From the human T2T-CHM13v2.0 reference genome, Homo sapiens: a stretch of 64,000 nt of DNA. How positions within the stretch are numbered: the stretch's first letter is position 1; each line of letters starts with the position of its first letter. Made by a program: the position numbers and the translations under genes. The stretch is taken from assembly GCF_009914755.1 (NCBI RefSeq), contig NC_060938.1; one strand, written 5' to 3'. The notes beneath the pieces are model-generated. The model had not been told where the DNA came from, did not search any database, and was given only the letters and a program-made list of their open reading frames with translations. This document shows, in pieces, positions 1 to 30,347 of this stretch.

Positions 1-919
1 TTGTCCTAGAACGTTCTCTCTCCCATACCTCTATCCCAGCAGGACCCTAGAAAAATGGCGGGTTTCACAAGGTTGCACACTGCTGGGTAATCACAGGGAA
101 GAGAATTCCATTGGTCCAGCCCATCCCTGTCCCATCCTTTCCCCTGAGCACAGCTTTCATGCCAGGTCACACCTGAGGCTACTGGACAAGTTTTGGCCAA
201 GGGCTGTGTCGGCCCTGCTCACAAGGGATCTGGCAGATATAATAGGTTCCTATCTAGCAGCCTCTGAGAGGCTGAGCTGTGAGCTGAGGAGACAGAGCCG
301 TTTGTATTCAACTCTTGTCCTCACAAAGCCCTCAGTTTGCAGCAGCCGTGGTGTGACACAGTGTGATAGAGGCTTCCATATGGAATGGGCAAAAAGTGCA
401 GCAGGCTCACAGGAAGCCTATGCTGGCTGATCTGTGTCTGGTACCTTGTGGCCTATTTTCCGAGAATGAGCCAGCTCTTTGAGTGTCGGCTGCCTGGGAG
501 TCTCTGGGAAATGCCTCAGTTGCCCCTCAGGTGACCCTAGTCACTTGTTGTAAAAGACCCATTCCAGTTTGGTGGCTGTCACAGGAGGATGGGAAGCTAG
601 GGGACAGGGCTCGTGCCACCAGGCAGTTGTCAGGATGGGGCTGGAAGGCTGAGAAGCAAAGCCCTGAGAGTGTGTGCAGGGAAGCCTGCTCCTGCCCCTG
701 GCTGTCCGCTTTCATTGGCCTGATATCTCACCAGAACCTTCTCCTAGTGTGATTGCTTCTCCCCAACCCCAGCCAGTGACACCCAGGTTACCTGTAGGGT
801 GTCACTAGTGGGTTGGTAAGTGTTCCCATTGCTAGTTTATCTCATGGAAGAGGAGGAGGGAAGGTTTTAGATAAGAAGCAGCAGAAAGTAGGTTTAATGG
901 TATAAAAATTTTTCCATGT

Positions 920-4414
<3,495 letters not shown>

Positions 4415-5078
4415 CTAGCTCGGAATTGGCTAGGATGGAGTATTCACACCACAGGAATTGGCAAGTCCCACCAATCGGCCAGACGTGCTGGAGCCCTACC
4501 CGATAGAAGACTCCTCCCTATGTGTTTATGTAGCTGGGTCTTGCCAGTCCTTCAACTCAAAGTAACGTCACCCGCTCAGTGAGGCCCTCCCAGACCCCAT
4601 CTCAAGTTGGTCTCAGTCACTGTTGCCACGTCCTTTCACTGTTGTCATCACCATTTCAACAGTCGTTTTCTGGGTTATTGTCCTTTTCCTCAACCTGAAA
4701 TGCAGGAACAGAGGCCCCCAGAGAACAGGAACTCGTCTGACTTGTCTACTGCTTATCCCTCTGGCTAGAACAGCGCCTGGCACATAGTAGGTGCTCAAAA
4801 AATAGTCACTGAATGAAGAAGTGAGTGTGTTTGGAGCGGAAGGCTGAGTGTTTCCGCCTAGGTCCTGTGACAGAAACCCCTGTGTCTGTTCTCATGTAAA
4901 GGCCGGTCAGCAGGGTGAGAGGGAGCCGGTGCCTGTACTGACCTGCTCTTGGTCAGGCCAGACTAGGGATGAGACAGGAGCGAGAGGAGGAGGCAGAGGC
5001 AGAGAATAGTCCCTTTGGTCTGGAAGCTGCTGAACTGGATGGGAATGAGCCGAACCCATTGGATCCTTGTCTTGGGGA

Positions 5079-5574
<496 letters not shown>

Positions 5575-5934
5575 TAGTAAGTGCTCCCTGGGTCCTCTGC
5601 TCTCATTAGCTTCCTCTACCCTCCCCACCAGTCAGCTTTCTCTGGGTTGTGAGAAGATGGCAGGGGATGCCCCCCCAGCTCCATCTTCATCCCCATGTGT
5701 CCAAACAGACCTGAGCAGCTTGAGTGTTGTTCTTCTGAGTAGCTTTCATCTGAGGCCTGTGTAGAGCAAGCTGTGGGCTGGACACAGACCTCACCTGCGG
5801 CTCAACATTACAATTACATGGGTGCTTTTAAGATTGGCTCTGCCCAGGCCCGACTGCACACCAATTAAATCAGAATCTCTGCATGGTCTCATTAACCTGC
5901 CCTATGGTTTTAAATATCTCTAGATACTCCTTTT

Positions 5935-7742
<1,808 letters not shown>

Positions 7743-8031
7743 TATTTCCAAATAAAAGGATAAAAAGATAATCCTTGACATGGCCTTGAAAGCCTGGTAT
7801 TTTCTAGCCCCTGCCTGCCTCTCTGCCCCACAGTCTCCAACCACTCTCCCTGTGCTGCAGCTGTGCTAGCCTTCCTTACCGTCTGGCCTTTTAGAGTGAA
7901 CCCTCAGAGATCAACCAAGCACCCCTTCTGGGACCTCTTCCTTCCTTCCTTCCTGGATCAAGCCTCGTCATTACAGGTTCTCATAGCTCTCCATCAGAGC
8001 CCTCCCTAAAGTTATCATCAACACTGCAAGG

Positions 8032-8098
8032 CAGTGCTTCTTAGCCTTGGCTGAATATTAGAATCACCTGCAGAATGTTAAAAACCTCTGGTGCCTCA
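8032..8098. mobile_element. MER5B-like hAT element, left part (right part at ~20507-20550 and 21578-21596)
   Basis: CAGTGCTTCTTAGCCTTGGCTGAATATTAGAATCACCTG matches the MER5B start. The matching end CAAGGGTTGAGAACCACTG lies at 21578-21596. Confidence 0.6.
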
Positions 8099-8220
8099 GA
8101 TGGGAGGGTGAATTGGTATACCCACGTTGGAAAATTGTCTGGCAATATCTATTAAAGATATTTTAGTAATGAATATATACATCCTCTATGACCTAGGAAT
8201 TCTACTCCTAAATACAGTTA

Positions 8221-9054
<834 letters not shown>

Positions 9055-9544
9055 TCATATAAAATATAGCACACACAATTATGTACAGTACGTAATACTT
9101 GGTAATGATAATTAGCGACTATTACTGGGTTATGTATTTACTATACTGTACTTACTTTGAATTTTTATTTTATTTTGTAGAGACAAGGGTCTCACTTTGT
9201 TGCCAGGCTGGTTTTGTACTCCGGGCTTCAAGCAATTCTCCTACCTTGGCCTCCCAAAGTGCTGGGATTATAGGTATGAGCCACTGTACCCAGCCTATGC
9301 TGTGCGTTTTAATTGTTATTTTATTTATTTATTTTAGAAAAATACATGCTTTTAATTAATTGATTTTTATTTTTTATTTATTTATTTTTTTGAAACAGAG
9401 TCTCACTCTGTTGCCCAGGGTGGAGTGCAGTGGTACAATCTCGGCTCACTGCAGCCTCTGCCTCCCAGGTTCAAGTGGTTCTCCTGACTCAGCCTTCCCC
9501 ACCCCTGAGTAGGTGGGATTACAGGCATGCGGCACCACACCTAG

Positions 9545-9694
<150 letters not shown>

Positions 9695-9892
9695 TAGAGA
9701 CAAGGTCTTGCTTTGTCTCCCAGGCTGGAGCACAGTGGTGCAATCATAGCTCTGTGCAGCCTCGAGCTCCCGGGCTCAAGTGATCCTCCTGCCTCAGCCT
9801 TCCTGTTATTTTAGAGTACACTCCTACATACATCTTGTGTTTACTGCATCTCTTGATTGCACCATTGATTTGACGTTGGGTCATTTTGTTTT

Positions 9893-13527
<3,635 letters not shown>

Positions 13528-13555
13528 GCCTAGGCTAATGTGTATGTTTGTGTCT

Positions 13556-14856
<1,301 letters not shown>

Positions 14857-14995
14857 TAATTTTAAACAGAAAAAAAGGCCGGGTGCGGTGGCTCATGCCT
14901 GTAATCCCAGCACTTTGGGAGGCCGAGGTGGGCGGATCACGAGGTCAGGAGATCGAGACCATCCTGGCTAACACGGTGAAACCCCATCTCTACTA

Positions 14996-15262
<267 letters not shown>

Positions 15263-15745
15263 TCAGGAGTTTGAGACCAGCCTGGTCAGCATGGTGAAAC
15301 CCCATCTATCCTAAAATTACAAAAATTAGCCGGGGGTGGTGGCAGGCGCCTGTAATCCCAGCTACTTGGGAAGCTGAAGCAGGAGAATCACTTTAACCCA
15401 GGAGACGGAGGTTTCAGTGAGGTGAGGTTGTGCCACTGCACTCCAGCCTGGGTGACAGAGTGAGACTCTATCTCAAAAGAAAAAGTAAAAAAAAAAGAAA
15501 AAATTTAAAAATTAATTTAGTGTAGCCTAAATATACAGCGTTTATATGATCTGGAGTAGAGCACAGTCATGCCCTAAGCCTTTACGGTCACTCACCACTC
15601 ACTCACTCACTCACCCAGAGCAACTTCCGGTCCTGCAAACTCCCTTCATAGTAAGTGCCCTATACAGGTGTATAATTAAAAAGAAAATATTTTATACCAT
15701 GGTTTTACTGTACCTCCATGGTTTTACTGTACCTTTTTAAAATAA

Positions 15746-15934
<189 letters not shown>

Positions 15935-16330
15935 TAGAGATGAGGTCTCACTATGTTGCCTAGGCTGGTCTTGAACTCCTGGGCTCAAGTAATCCTCCCG
16001 CCTTGGCCTCCCAAAGTGTTGGGATTGCAGGTGTAATCCCAACAGCTACTCAGGAGTACAGGCCGTGCCTGGCCTTACTGTACCTTTTCTATGTTTAGAT
16101 ACACAAATACTTATCATTGCATTGTAATTGGCTACAGTGTTCAGTCCAGCAACGTGCGGTATAGATTTGTAGCCTAGGAGCAATAGGCTGTAGCACATAG
16201 CCTGCATGTGTAGTAGGCTGCACCACTTAGGTTTGCGTAAGTGCATTCTATCACGTTCGCACAATGACAAAATTACCTAGCATCGAATTTCTTGGAATGT
16301 ATCACTGTTGTTAAGTAATGCATGACTGTA

Positions 16331-20160
<3,830 letters not shown>

Positions 20161-20198
20161 TTTTTATTATATATTTTTTAATTTCTTTATTTTTGTAG

Positions 20199-20309
<111 letters not shown>

Positions 20310-20561
20310 TAGCTGGGATTACAGGCGTGCGCCACCATGCCCAGCTAATTTTTGAATTTTTAGTAGAGACGGGGTTTCACCATGTTGGTCGGGCTGGTCT
20401 CAAACTCCAGACCTTGTGATCTGCCTGCCTTGGCCTCCCAGAGTGCTGGGGTTACAGGCGTGAGCCACTGCTCCCAGCTTTTTTTATTATAAAATGTAGA
20501 GAAAAATGAGTGTTTTAATGAAGTCTCTCCCAAGAAGTATTGAGTCCTGCTTAAAATATGC

Positions 20562-21577
20562 CACACACTGCTTTGAATGTGTCCCAGAGATTCTGGTATG
20601 TTGTGTCTTTGTTCTCATTGGTTTCAAAGAACATCTTTATTTCTGCCTTCATTTCGTTATGTACCCAGTAGTCATTCAGGAGCAGGTTGTTCATATTCCA
20701 TGTAGCTGAGCGGTTTTGAGTGAGTTTCTTAATCCTGAGTTCTAGTTTGATTGCTCTGTGGTCTGAGAGACTGTTTGTTATAATTTCTGTTCTTTTACAT
20801 TTGCTGAGGAGTGCTTTACTTCCAACTATGTGGTCAATTTTGGAATAAGTGTGATGTGGTGCTGAGAAGAATGTATATTCTATTGATTTGGGGTAGAGAG
20901 TTCTGTAGATGTCTATTAGGTCTGCTTGGTGCAGAGCTGAGTTCAGTTCCTGGATATACTTGTTAACTTTCTGTCTCATGGATCTGTCTAATGTTGACAA
21001 TGGGGTGTTAAAATCTCCCATTATTATTGTGTGGGAGTCTAAGTCTTTTTGTAGGTCTCTAAGGACTTGCTTTATGAATATGGGTGCTCCTGTATTGGGT
21101 GCATATATATTTAGGATAGTTAGCTCTTCTTGTTGAATTGATCCCTTTACCATTATGTAATGGCCTTCTTTGTCTCTTCTGATCTTTGTTGGTTTAAAGT
21201 CTGTTTTATCAGAGACTAGGATTGCAACCCCTGCTTTTTTTTTTGTTTTCCATTTGCTTGGTAGATCTTCCTCCATCCCTTTATTTTGAGCCTATGTGTG
21301 TCTCTGCACATGAGATGGGTCTCCTGAATACAGCACACTGATGGGTCTTGACTTTTTATCCAATTTGCTAGTCTGTCTCTTTTAATTGGAGCATTTAGCC
21401 CATTTACATTTAAGGTTAATATTGTTATGTGTGAATTTGATCCTGTCATTATTATGTTAGCTGGTTATTTTGCTCGTTAGTTGATGCAGTTTCTTCCTAG
21501 CATTGATGGTCTTTACAATTTGGCATGTTTTTGCAGTGGCTGGTACCGGTGATTCCTTTCCATGTTTAGTGCTTCCT
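20562..21577 (-). mobile_element. L1PA internal fragment: ORF1 3' end, inter-ORF spacer and ORF2 endonuclease domain
   Basis: ORF2 start MTGSNSHITILTLNVNGLNAPIKR at 21449. Frameshift in an A-run near 21240, then [10 protein letters not shown]...GDFNTPL...SDH...[10 protein letters not shown]. No 3' UTR or poly(A). Confidence 0.93.
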
Positions 21578-21614
21578 CAAGGGTTGAGAACCACTGCCAA
21601 GGTTTTGGCTTAGT

Positions 21615-21980
21615 TGCAGGGCCCAACACAGTCTGTGGCACATAGTAGTTGCTCAAAAAATATAGCACATACGAATTAAATGGATAGCTGAACAGTCCAA
21701 GGAGTGGGTGAATATAAATGTATAAATTTCGGCCCTATGCAGGGCCCAACATAGTCTGTGGCACATACTAGGTGCTCAAAAAATACAGCAAATATGAATT
21801 AAATGGATAGCTGAACAGTCCAAGGAGTGGGTGAATATAAATGTATAAATTTCGGCCCTATGCAGGGCCCAACATAGTCTGTGGCACATACTAGGTGCTC
21901 AAAAAATACAGCAAATATGAATTAAATGGATAGCTGAACAGTCCAAGGAGTGGGTGAATATAAATGTATAAATTTTGGCC
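21615..21980 (+). repeat. Tandem repeat, 3 x 123 bp, built on an L2 3' end
   Basis: CAGGGCCCAACA recurs at 21617, 21740 and 21863. The unit contains the L2 tail GGCACATAGTAGxTGCTCAAAAAATA. Confidence 0.95.
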
Positions 21981-22959
21981 ATTAATAATAATGATGCTAA
22001 CAATATAACAAATAAAAACAATAAAGTAGGCATCACTGGTATTCAACTCAGTTTTGAGATGGGGAAGGAGGCAAGAAGAGAGGTCCTGGGGTGAAAGGCA
22101 GATTAACAGGATTAAAGGTGGGGACATAAGAGGCAGTGAGGCTCATTTTTTGGTTAGATGCAAGTGGGCTCTGTTCTGCCTCCCCAGAATCCCTAGGGCT
22201 GAGGTTGGAGAGGTGGATGGGGTGTCATAGGAAGGCCCAGTAAGCCTAGTGATGAGACAAGGGTTGAAATAGTCTAGAGTGAGTTGAGGGACTGGTCTTC
22301 CTGAAGCCCAGTGGACATTATGCTTGGATGAGGAGTCAAAGTCCCACTGCCTTCCATTCTGGAGAGCACTGAGCTTGGTGGAACTCAGAGAGCCTGGTGC
22401 AGACCCTGCTCTGTAGAGGATTCGTCAGCTGCATGGCTTTAGGTGGTCATTTCAGCTCTCTGGTGCTGACTTCCACCACTCATGAACTAGGGGCGATCAT
22501 AACTGCCAGGCTTCCTTAGGGATTGCTGAGAAGATCAAAGAGAAAAACTTGTGGAAACATCTTTATGGAGGTGGAAAGTCCTAGACATTCACCCTGTCCT
22601 CAAAACCCTTCCCACCCCCAACCTAAACTTCTGGACCTCGGTTAAACCCCTTTCTCTGCAGGGCCTCAGCATCTGGCTGTAGGGTGATGGTGGCATAGGC
22701 TTTGTCTTTTTAGCTTCTCCCAAAACCTGACCCTCACCTCTGCTTGTTGAGAGCAGGAGTGGAAAGGAAGCAGTTATTTTGAGCCACCTTCTTAGTGTCT
22801 GGCACAGTAGGGATCACAGAGTTGAGGCTTAGACAAAGCTGTTTCTGGTGTCCAAGTTTCCAGAATGGCAGGGCAGGAATGGCAAGAGCCTGAAAAGAAT
22901 AATGGGGAGGGTAAAGAAGGACTGGTTGGCAGCGTGGGCACTTGTGGGGCCATTTCCTG

Positions 22960-23110
22960 GGATCTTCCAGATAAAATACAGATAAATTTAAATCCAGATA
23001 ATTTAAATTTCAGAATAACAATGATAAAATTTTTAGTGTAAGTATGTCCCAAATCCTGTCCTGTCCAAATGTGTGTCCTGTATTTTTGTTTGCTAAATTA
23101 GGCAACCTTA
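22960..23110. mobile_element. MER53, internally deleted
   Basis: CCAGATAAAATACAG...AGTATGTCCCAAAT...CCTGTATTTTTGTTTGCTAAATTAGGCAACC. Confidence 0.65.
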
Positions 23111-23124
23111 TTATTGCTATTTGA

Positions 23125-24465
23125 GAATGTACTGGAAGTCCTAACTAGAATAATTAGGCAAGAAAAAGAAACAAAAAGCATCCAAATTGGAAAAGGAGGA
23201 TAAAACTATCTCTGTTTGTAGATCACATGATTCTGTATCTAGAAAATGCCAAAGAATCTCCCCTAAAAAACCCCACTAGAGAGCTAATAAACAAATTCAG
23301 CAAAGTTGTAGAGTACAAGATTTATACACAAAAATCAGTTGTGTTTCCCTATACCAGCAATGAACAATCTGAAAAGGAAATTAAGAAAACAATTCCATTT
23401 ACAGTAGCATCCAAAAGATAAAATACCTATAAATAAATTTAACCAAGGAGTGAAAGCCTTGCACATTGAAAACTACAAAACATTGCTGAAATAAATTAAA
23501 GAAGACTTAAATAAATGGAAGGACATCCCATGTTATTGATTGGAAGACTTAGTGTAGTTAAGATGGCAATACTCCCTAAAGTGAGCTACAAATTCAATGC
23601 AATCCCCATCAAAATCCAAGTAGCTTTTTTTTTTTTTTTGGCAGAAATGGAAAAGCTTATCCTCAGATTTTTATGGAATTGCAAGGGACCCTGAATAGTC
23701 ACAATATTGAAAAGGAAAAACAACACTAGATAACTCACAGTCCCCAATTTCAAAACTTACTTCAAAACTACAGTAATCAAAATGATGTGGTACTGGGATA
23801 AATATGACATATAGACAGATGGAATAGAATTGAGATTCCAGAAGTAGACCTAGAATATCTATGGCCAGTTGATTTTTGACAAGGGTTGCAAGATCATTCA
23901 AAGGGGAAAGAATAAACTCTTTGACAAATGATGTTGGTACAACTGGATAACCACATGCAAAAGAATGGAGTGGACCCCTACCTTACTTCACATGTACAAA
24001 GTAACTAAAAATGGATCAACAATCTAAATATAAATGCTAAAACGATAAGCACAAAACAAAGGGGTACACCTTTATGACTTTAGATTTGCCAAAGAAGTCT
24101 TAGATTTGACACCAAAAGCATGAGCAACAACAACAAAAATAGGTTCACCAGACTTCATAAAAATTAAAAAGTTTTGCACATCTTAGGATGTTATCTACAA
24201 AAGGGAGAAAAGATTTGCAAAGTAGAGGAGTTTAATATTCAGACTAAGGACTCTTGCAACTCAACAACTTTGATCATTGCTGAGGAAGGAGAAGAGGGGG
24301 AAATGGGGAGCGATTGCTTAATGGCTAGGGGTGTTTTAGGGTGATGAAAAAGTTTTGGAACTAAAAAGAGGCAGTGATTGCACAACGCTGTGAATGCACA
24401 AAATACCACTGAATTAAAATGGTCAATTGTATGTTATGTTAATTCCACCTCAATTAAAAAATACA
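23125..24465 (+). mobile_element. L1M (L1MB-like) fragment: ORF2 reverse transcriptase region plus 3' end
   Basis: VLEVLTRIIRQEKE..., MILYLENAKES...ELINKFSKVVEYKI, degenerate. L1MB-type 3' end at ~24290-24465. Confidence 0.85.
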
Positions 24466-24492
24466 TCTGGCTAGGCTGGGCACGGTGGCTCA

Positions 24493-24876
<384 letters not shown>

Positions 24877-25016
24877 TCAACACTTACTTCCTAAGCAAAA
24901 GATAACATTCCTGTTAGGTGGGAGCATAGCCAAACATTCAACTACAGTGCCTACAAACCCTTCTCTGGGTCCTTAGGGGCTGCTGGAAACAGGACCATCC
25001 AGGGTCTCTTCCGTAA

Positions 25017-25130
<114 letters not shown>

Positions 25131-26519
25131 TAGTTCACCTACCTCAGCCTCCTGAGTAGCTGAGACTACAGGCACGTGGCACCATGCCCGGCTAATTTTT
25201 TTATTTTTGTAGAGAGGGGGTCTTGCTATGTTGCCCAGGCTGGTGTCCGACTCCTGGGCTCGAGCAATTCTCTCATCTCGGCCTCTCAAAATGCTAGGGT
25301 TACAGGTGTGAACCACTGAGCCTGGCCTCCTCATTCATTTATTAGATACCGCCTATGCAACAGATAAGGTCCTGGCTCTCAGGTTAAGTAAAATCTTGGT
25401 GGGAAAGGAGATGGGAACAACTGAAACACAAGCAAACTATAATAATATGCAACATTTAATTTGGATGTGTGTACTCAGTGGAAGACATAATTAACAGTGC
25501 CTGGAGGAGGGAGGCAGCTTCTGAATGGTGAAGAGGAGGAGGAAGAATTCCTGAGAGGGAAAGGCCAGCTTAGAGTCAAACACACTCAGAACAAAGGGAA
25601 GGAGAGAATTGGCTCTTGAGAAACAGCGGTGAGTGGGCAGAGGATGAGGCCAGAGCGGCTGGTGGGGCCTGACTGTGAAGGGCAGATGAGGATTTTCGGC
25701 CACATCCTGTAGGCCACAGTGAGCCGTGTAGTAGGTGTAACCTGGGGTGGCCCTCAGGGGCTCTGACCAGCCCTGAAGTTGTGTATAAAATTGTGTGTGC
25801 AGGGGTGCATTTTCCTCAGGGAGGGTCCTCAGCTGCTGTCAAATTCTCAAAGGGGTCTGGGGCCCCAAGAGGGTAAGAAGTCAGTTGTTAGCTGAGCTGG
25901 TTATTGCTGCTCTCTCCCGGCCTCCTGGGTTCCCCTCCTCTTCATCACTCAGTCCCAGGGGGACTCATCTCCGCTTCTCAGCATTGTGCTGTTTCCAGGT
26001 CACGTTTGCTCCCTGAGCCACCTGTTCTCCACCTGCCTTTATCCCATGCTGCCTGCCCAGGGCTTCCAGGAGCCACCCCGCGGCCCTTATCACCTGGGCC
26101 ACCTCTGCATTTGTCATGGGTTGTTTAGCTCCCTTGTGAGAGTCTGTGGTTCTCCTCTCCATGGAGGACCACATGGATGGCCTCCCTCTCCTAACTGGCG
26201 GCAGTCTTGTTCCACCCCTCCCCTCTCCCGAAGCAGTGATCAGATGTCACCAATGAGTGATGAACAATGTCCCAGATGTCAAATCTGAAGTCACTTCAGG
26301 GTACCTCCTCCACCTCCTCCTCATTTTCTGAAAAGCTCCCCTCTCTTGACCCCCGTGACATTGCACCTGCATATCTGGAATCTCCTACCAACACCCCTGC
26401 TTTTCTGTTTCTCTTTCTGGCTTTTCCTTTCCTTTAAAATGATGAGTTTTAAAAAATAGGTAATGCATGCGCACGGGGAAAAAAAGGTCAAACAGAACAA
26501 AAGAGCATATAGTGAAAGC

Positions 26520-26997
26520 TACTTCTTCCTTTCCTGATTTCTTTCTTTCCTTCCTTCCTTCCTTCCTTCCTTCCTTCCTTCCTTCCTTCCCTCCCTCTTT
26601 TCTTTCTTTTTTTCTCTTCTCTTCTTTTTTCTTTCTTTCTTTCCCCCTTTCTTTCTTTCATCCTTCCTTCCTTCATTCCTTTCTTTCTTTCTTCTTCTTC
26701 TTTTTTTTTTTTTTGAGACAGAGTCTTGCTCTGTCACCCAGGCTGGAGTGGAGTGGTGTGATCTTGGCTCACTGCAACCTCCGCCTCCCAGGTTCAAGTG
26801 ATTCTCCTGCCTCAGCCTCCTGAGTGGCTGGAATTATAGGCGTGTGCCACCACACCCAGCTAATTTTTGTATTTTTAGTAGAGATGTGGTTTTGCCATGT
26901 TGGCCAGGCTGGTCTCGAACTCCTGACCTCAGATGATCTGCCCTCCTCGGCCTCCCAGAGTGCTGGGATTACAGGCATGAGCCACTGCCCCCAGCCC
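26520..26997 (-). repeat. Alu with expanded (TTCC)n/(TTTC)n tail
   Basis: Polypyrimidine tract at 26520-26714 followed by an antisense Alu. TSD CCTTTCCTGATTT at both ends. Confidence 0.9.
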
Positions 26998-27058
26998 CTT
27001 TCCTGATTTTCAATTACCTGAAATCTCTATTGTTACCATCCTCTGAAGTCCTTCCAGA

Positions 27059-27380
27059 ACTGTCCTGTCCAGTATGGTGGCATGTGACTATGGAGCACTT
27101 GAAATGTGGCTAGTTTGAATTGAGATGTGTCGTAAGTGTAAAATATATACAGATTTCAAATACTTGGTACAAAAATATAGATACAAAGTAATTTAAAAAG
27201 ATTGATTAAATGTTCAAACAATAATATTTTGGCTATATTGAGTTAAGTAAAATATATTAATATTAATTTCCCCTATTTTGTTTTATTCTTTAATGAGAAT
27301 ACTGGAAAATTTAAAATTACATAATTACAGACATGGCTTGCAATTGTGGCTTACATTATGATTTTATTGGACAGCACTGT
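27059..27380. mobile_element. MER33/MER3-type hAT-Charlie element
   Basis: CTGTCCAGTATGGTGG...GCACTTGAAATGTGGCTAG...TTTTATTGGACAGCACTG flanked by TTCCAGAA/TTCTAGAG. Confidence 0.7.
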
Positions 27381-27617
27381 TCTAGAGCTAGTCTTTGCAT
27401 TTGTTAAGTATGTATGTATTCCTTGGGCAAAAACCACACAAATAGGATAGTACATAGACTTCTGTAAATTTATTTTTGCACTGAATTATCTGTCTCAGAG
27501 ATTGTATCATGTTTTGCATATTTAAGCCTGCTTCATTCTTTTTAATGTCTACATAGCATTCCATTAGATGACTATAACAGCATTTATGCAGCCAGCCCTC
27601 TACTGATTGGCATTTAG

Positions 27618-27758
<141 letters not shown>

Positions 27759-28439
27759 TGAGTAGCTGGGACTACAGGCACATGCCACCATGCCAGGCTG
27801 ATTTTTGTATTTGTTGTAGAGATGGTGTCTCGCTGTGTTGCCCAGACTGGTCTCAAACTCCTGAGCTCAAGTGATCCTCCCGCCTTGGCCTCCTAAAAAG
27901 CTGGGATTACAGACATGCACCATCTCGCCAGGCCTGTTTCCAATCTTTTAATGCTACCATAACACAAGGCTTCAGTGAGAATCCTTGAGCCTACATCTTT
28001 GGGCAGGTGGACAAGAGTATCTGCAGTATGACTTCCTAAAAATTGATTCATCACAAATACCTGTTCTTGGAATAGTGTTGAAGTCTTATTGGCTTATCTC
28101 TTTGTGTCCTGCAGTGCCCAGGCCAGTGCACCACGGATTATTTGTTGAACTGAAAACTCAGACTTGGAGAAGTTCTGAGCTGGAAAGGTCCTCAGAGTTC
28201 ACAGTTGTTTATTTCTCAAACATTTTCTAAACTCCCATGGGCCTAGGCTGGGCATATGCTAGGCACAGGGGTTCACAGATGAACAGATGGGATTCTGCCT
28301 TCGAGGAGCTCACAGTAGAATAAGGAGACAGGCATGCAAACAAATGATTGAAATCAGTAGGTACTTTAATAAGGGTATATGTGAAACATAGTAGGGACAT
28401 TTTATAGACAATGAAACCAAAGCCCATATGCCAAAGTGA

Positions 28440-28933
<494 letters not shown>

Positions 28934-29435
28934 TAGTTACGGTGATGTCACAGGCACTGAGATTTGCATTTTCACCTGGTCTCATTTAAGTGCCCCATCA
29001 ACCCCGTGAAGCAGGTTGTTATCACCTGAATCAGTGCATGCCCCGCCTTCGCCGACCACTGAGCTCTACCGCCTCTCCTCAGGGCTTTTGTCTGCTCTGC
29101 TCACCTGGTTCCTGGTCAGCAGGGCTGCTTGACAAGGTGTGACCAAGATACCAGCTGAGCACCGGGTGGTTACAGGTTTGTCCTCTAAATCCCAGTCTGG
29201 GCTCAGTTGCCAAATCCACCACTATTCACTGTGTGACCTCGAGCAGCTGCCGCATCTACAGAATGGTCATGACAGTCCCTATCTCAGAGAGCCTGAGGGT
29301 GAGGAGTGAAGATAAAGTGCACACAAGGCTGAGAATGGTGGCCCACTCTGAGCCACCCACAGAGGAGGCTGTGCTGGTGGGGCTGACCGCATTATTTTAC
29401 CCAGAGCCATAGAATCAGGTCCTTGTAGGTCCTGA

Positions 29436-29722
<287 letters not shown>

Positions 29723-29934
29723 TGATCTGCCTGCCTTGGCCTGCCAAAGTGCTGGGATTACAAGCGTGAGCCACTGTGCCCGGCACCAAACTCATCTTAG
29801 CCAGACAAAATGTAGGCAGATTTTGGATGAAAACATAGGGCATAGTCAAAACAAATTTTTCAAGTTTGTTTTTAGCCAAAATAAATTTTATGGTCTTATC
29901 ACAGATTTGGGAAAAGCTTGTAAAAATAGCTCAC

Positions 29935-30347
29935 AGCATTTATGGGTGAATGGATAAACAAATAGTGGTCTATCCAGACAATGGAATATTGTTCAGCCAT
30001 AAAAAGAAATGAAGTGCTGATGCATGCTGTAATGCGGACGAACCTCAGAAACATTATGCAAAGGGAAAGAAGCCAGACATAAAAGGCCATGTATTGTATT
30101 TTTTCATTTATATGAAATATTCATAATAGGTAAATCCATAGAGACAGGACTCAGATTGGTGGTTTCCAAGGGCTTGGGCATGCGTGGGGATGGGGAGCAC
30201 CTGCCTGCTGAGTGCAGGTTTCCTTTTGGGGTAACGACAGTGTTTTGAAACTAGATGGAGGTGGTGGTTGCACTACACTGTATATGAAATAAACACCACG
30301 GCATTATTCATTTTATGTTATGAGAATTTTACTTCAATTAAAAAAAA
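29935..30347 (+). mobile_element. L1MB 3' end
   Basis: GAATGGATAAACAAA...AATGGAATATTGTTCAGCCATAAAAAGAAATGAAGT...CAATTAAAAAAAA. Confidence 0.8.

Noticed and set aside
21615-21980. CRISPR-like array
   Set aside because: Head-to-tail 123-bp units without unique spacers, in eukaryotic DNA.
26520-26714. Long polypyrimidine tract (H-DNA candidate) and its K/E/R-rich ORFs
   Set aside because: Ordinary microsatellite expansion of an Alu tail, bounded by that Alu's TSD.
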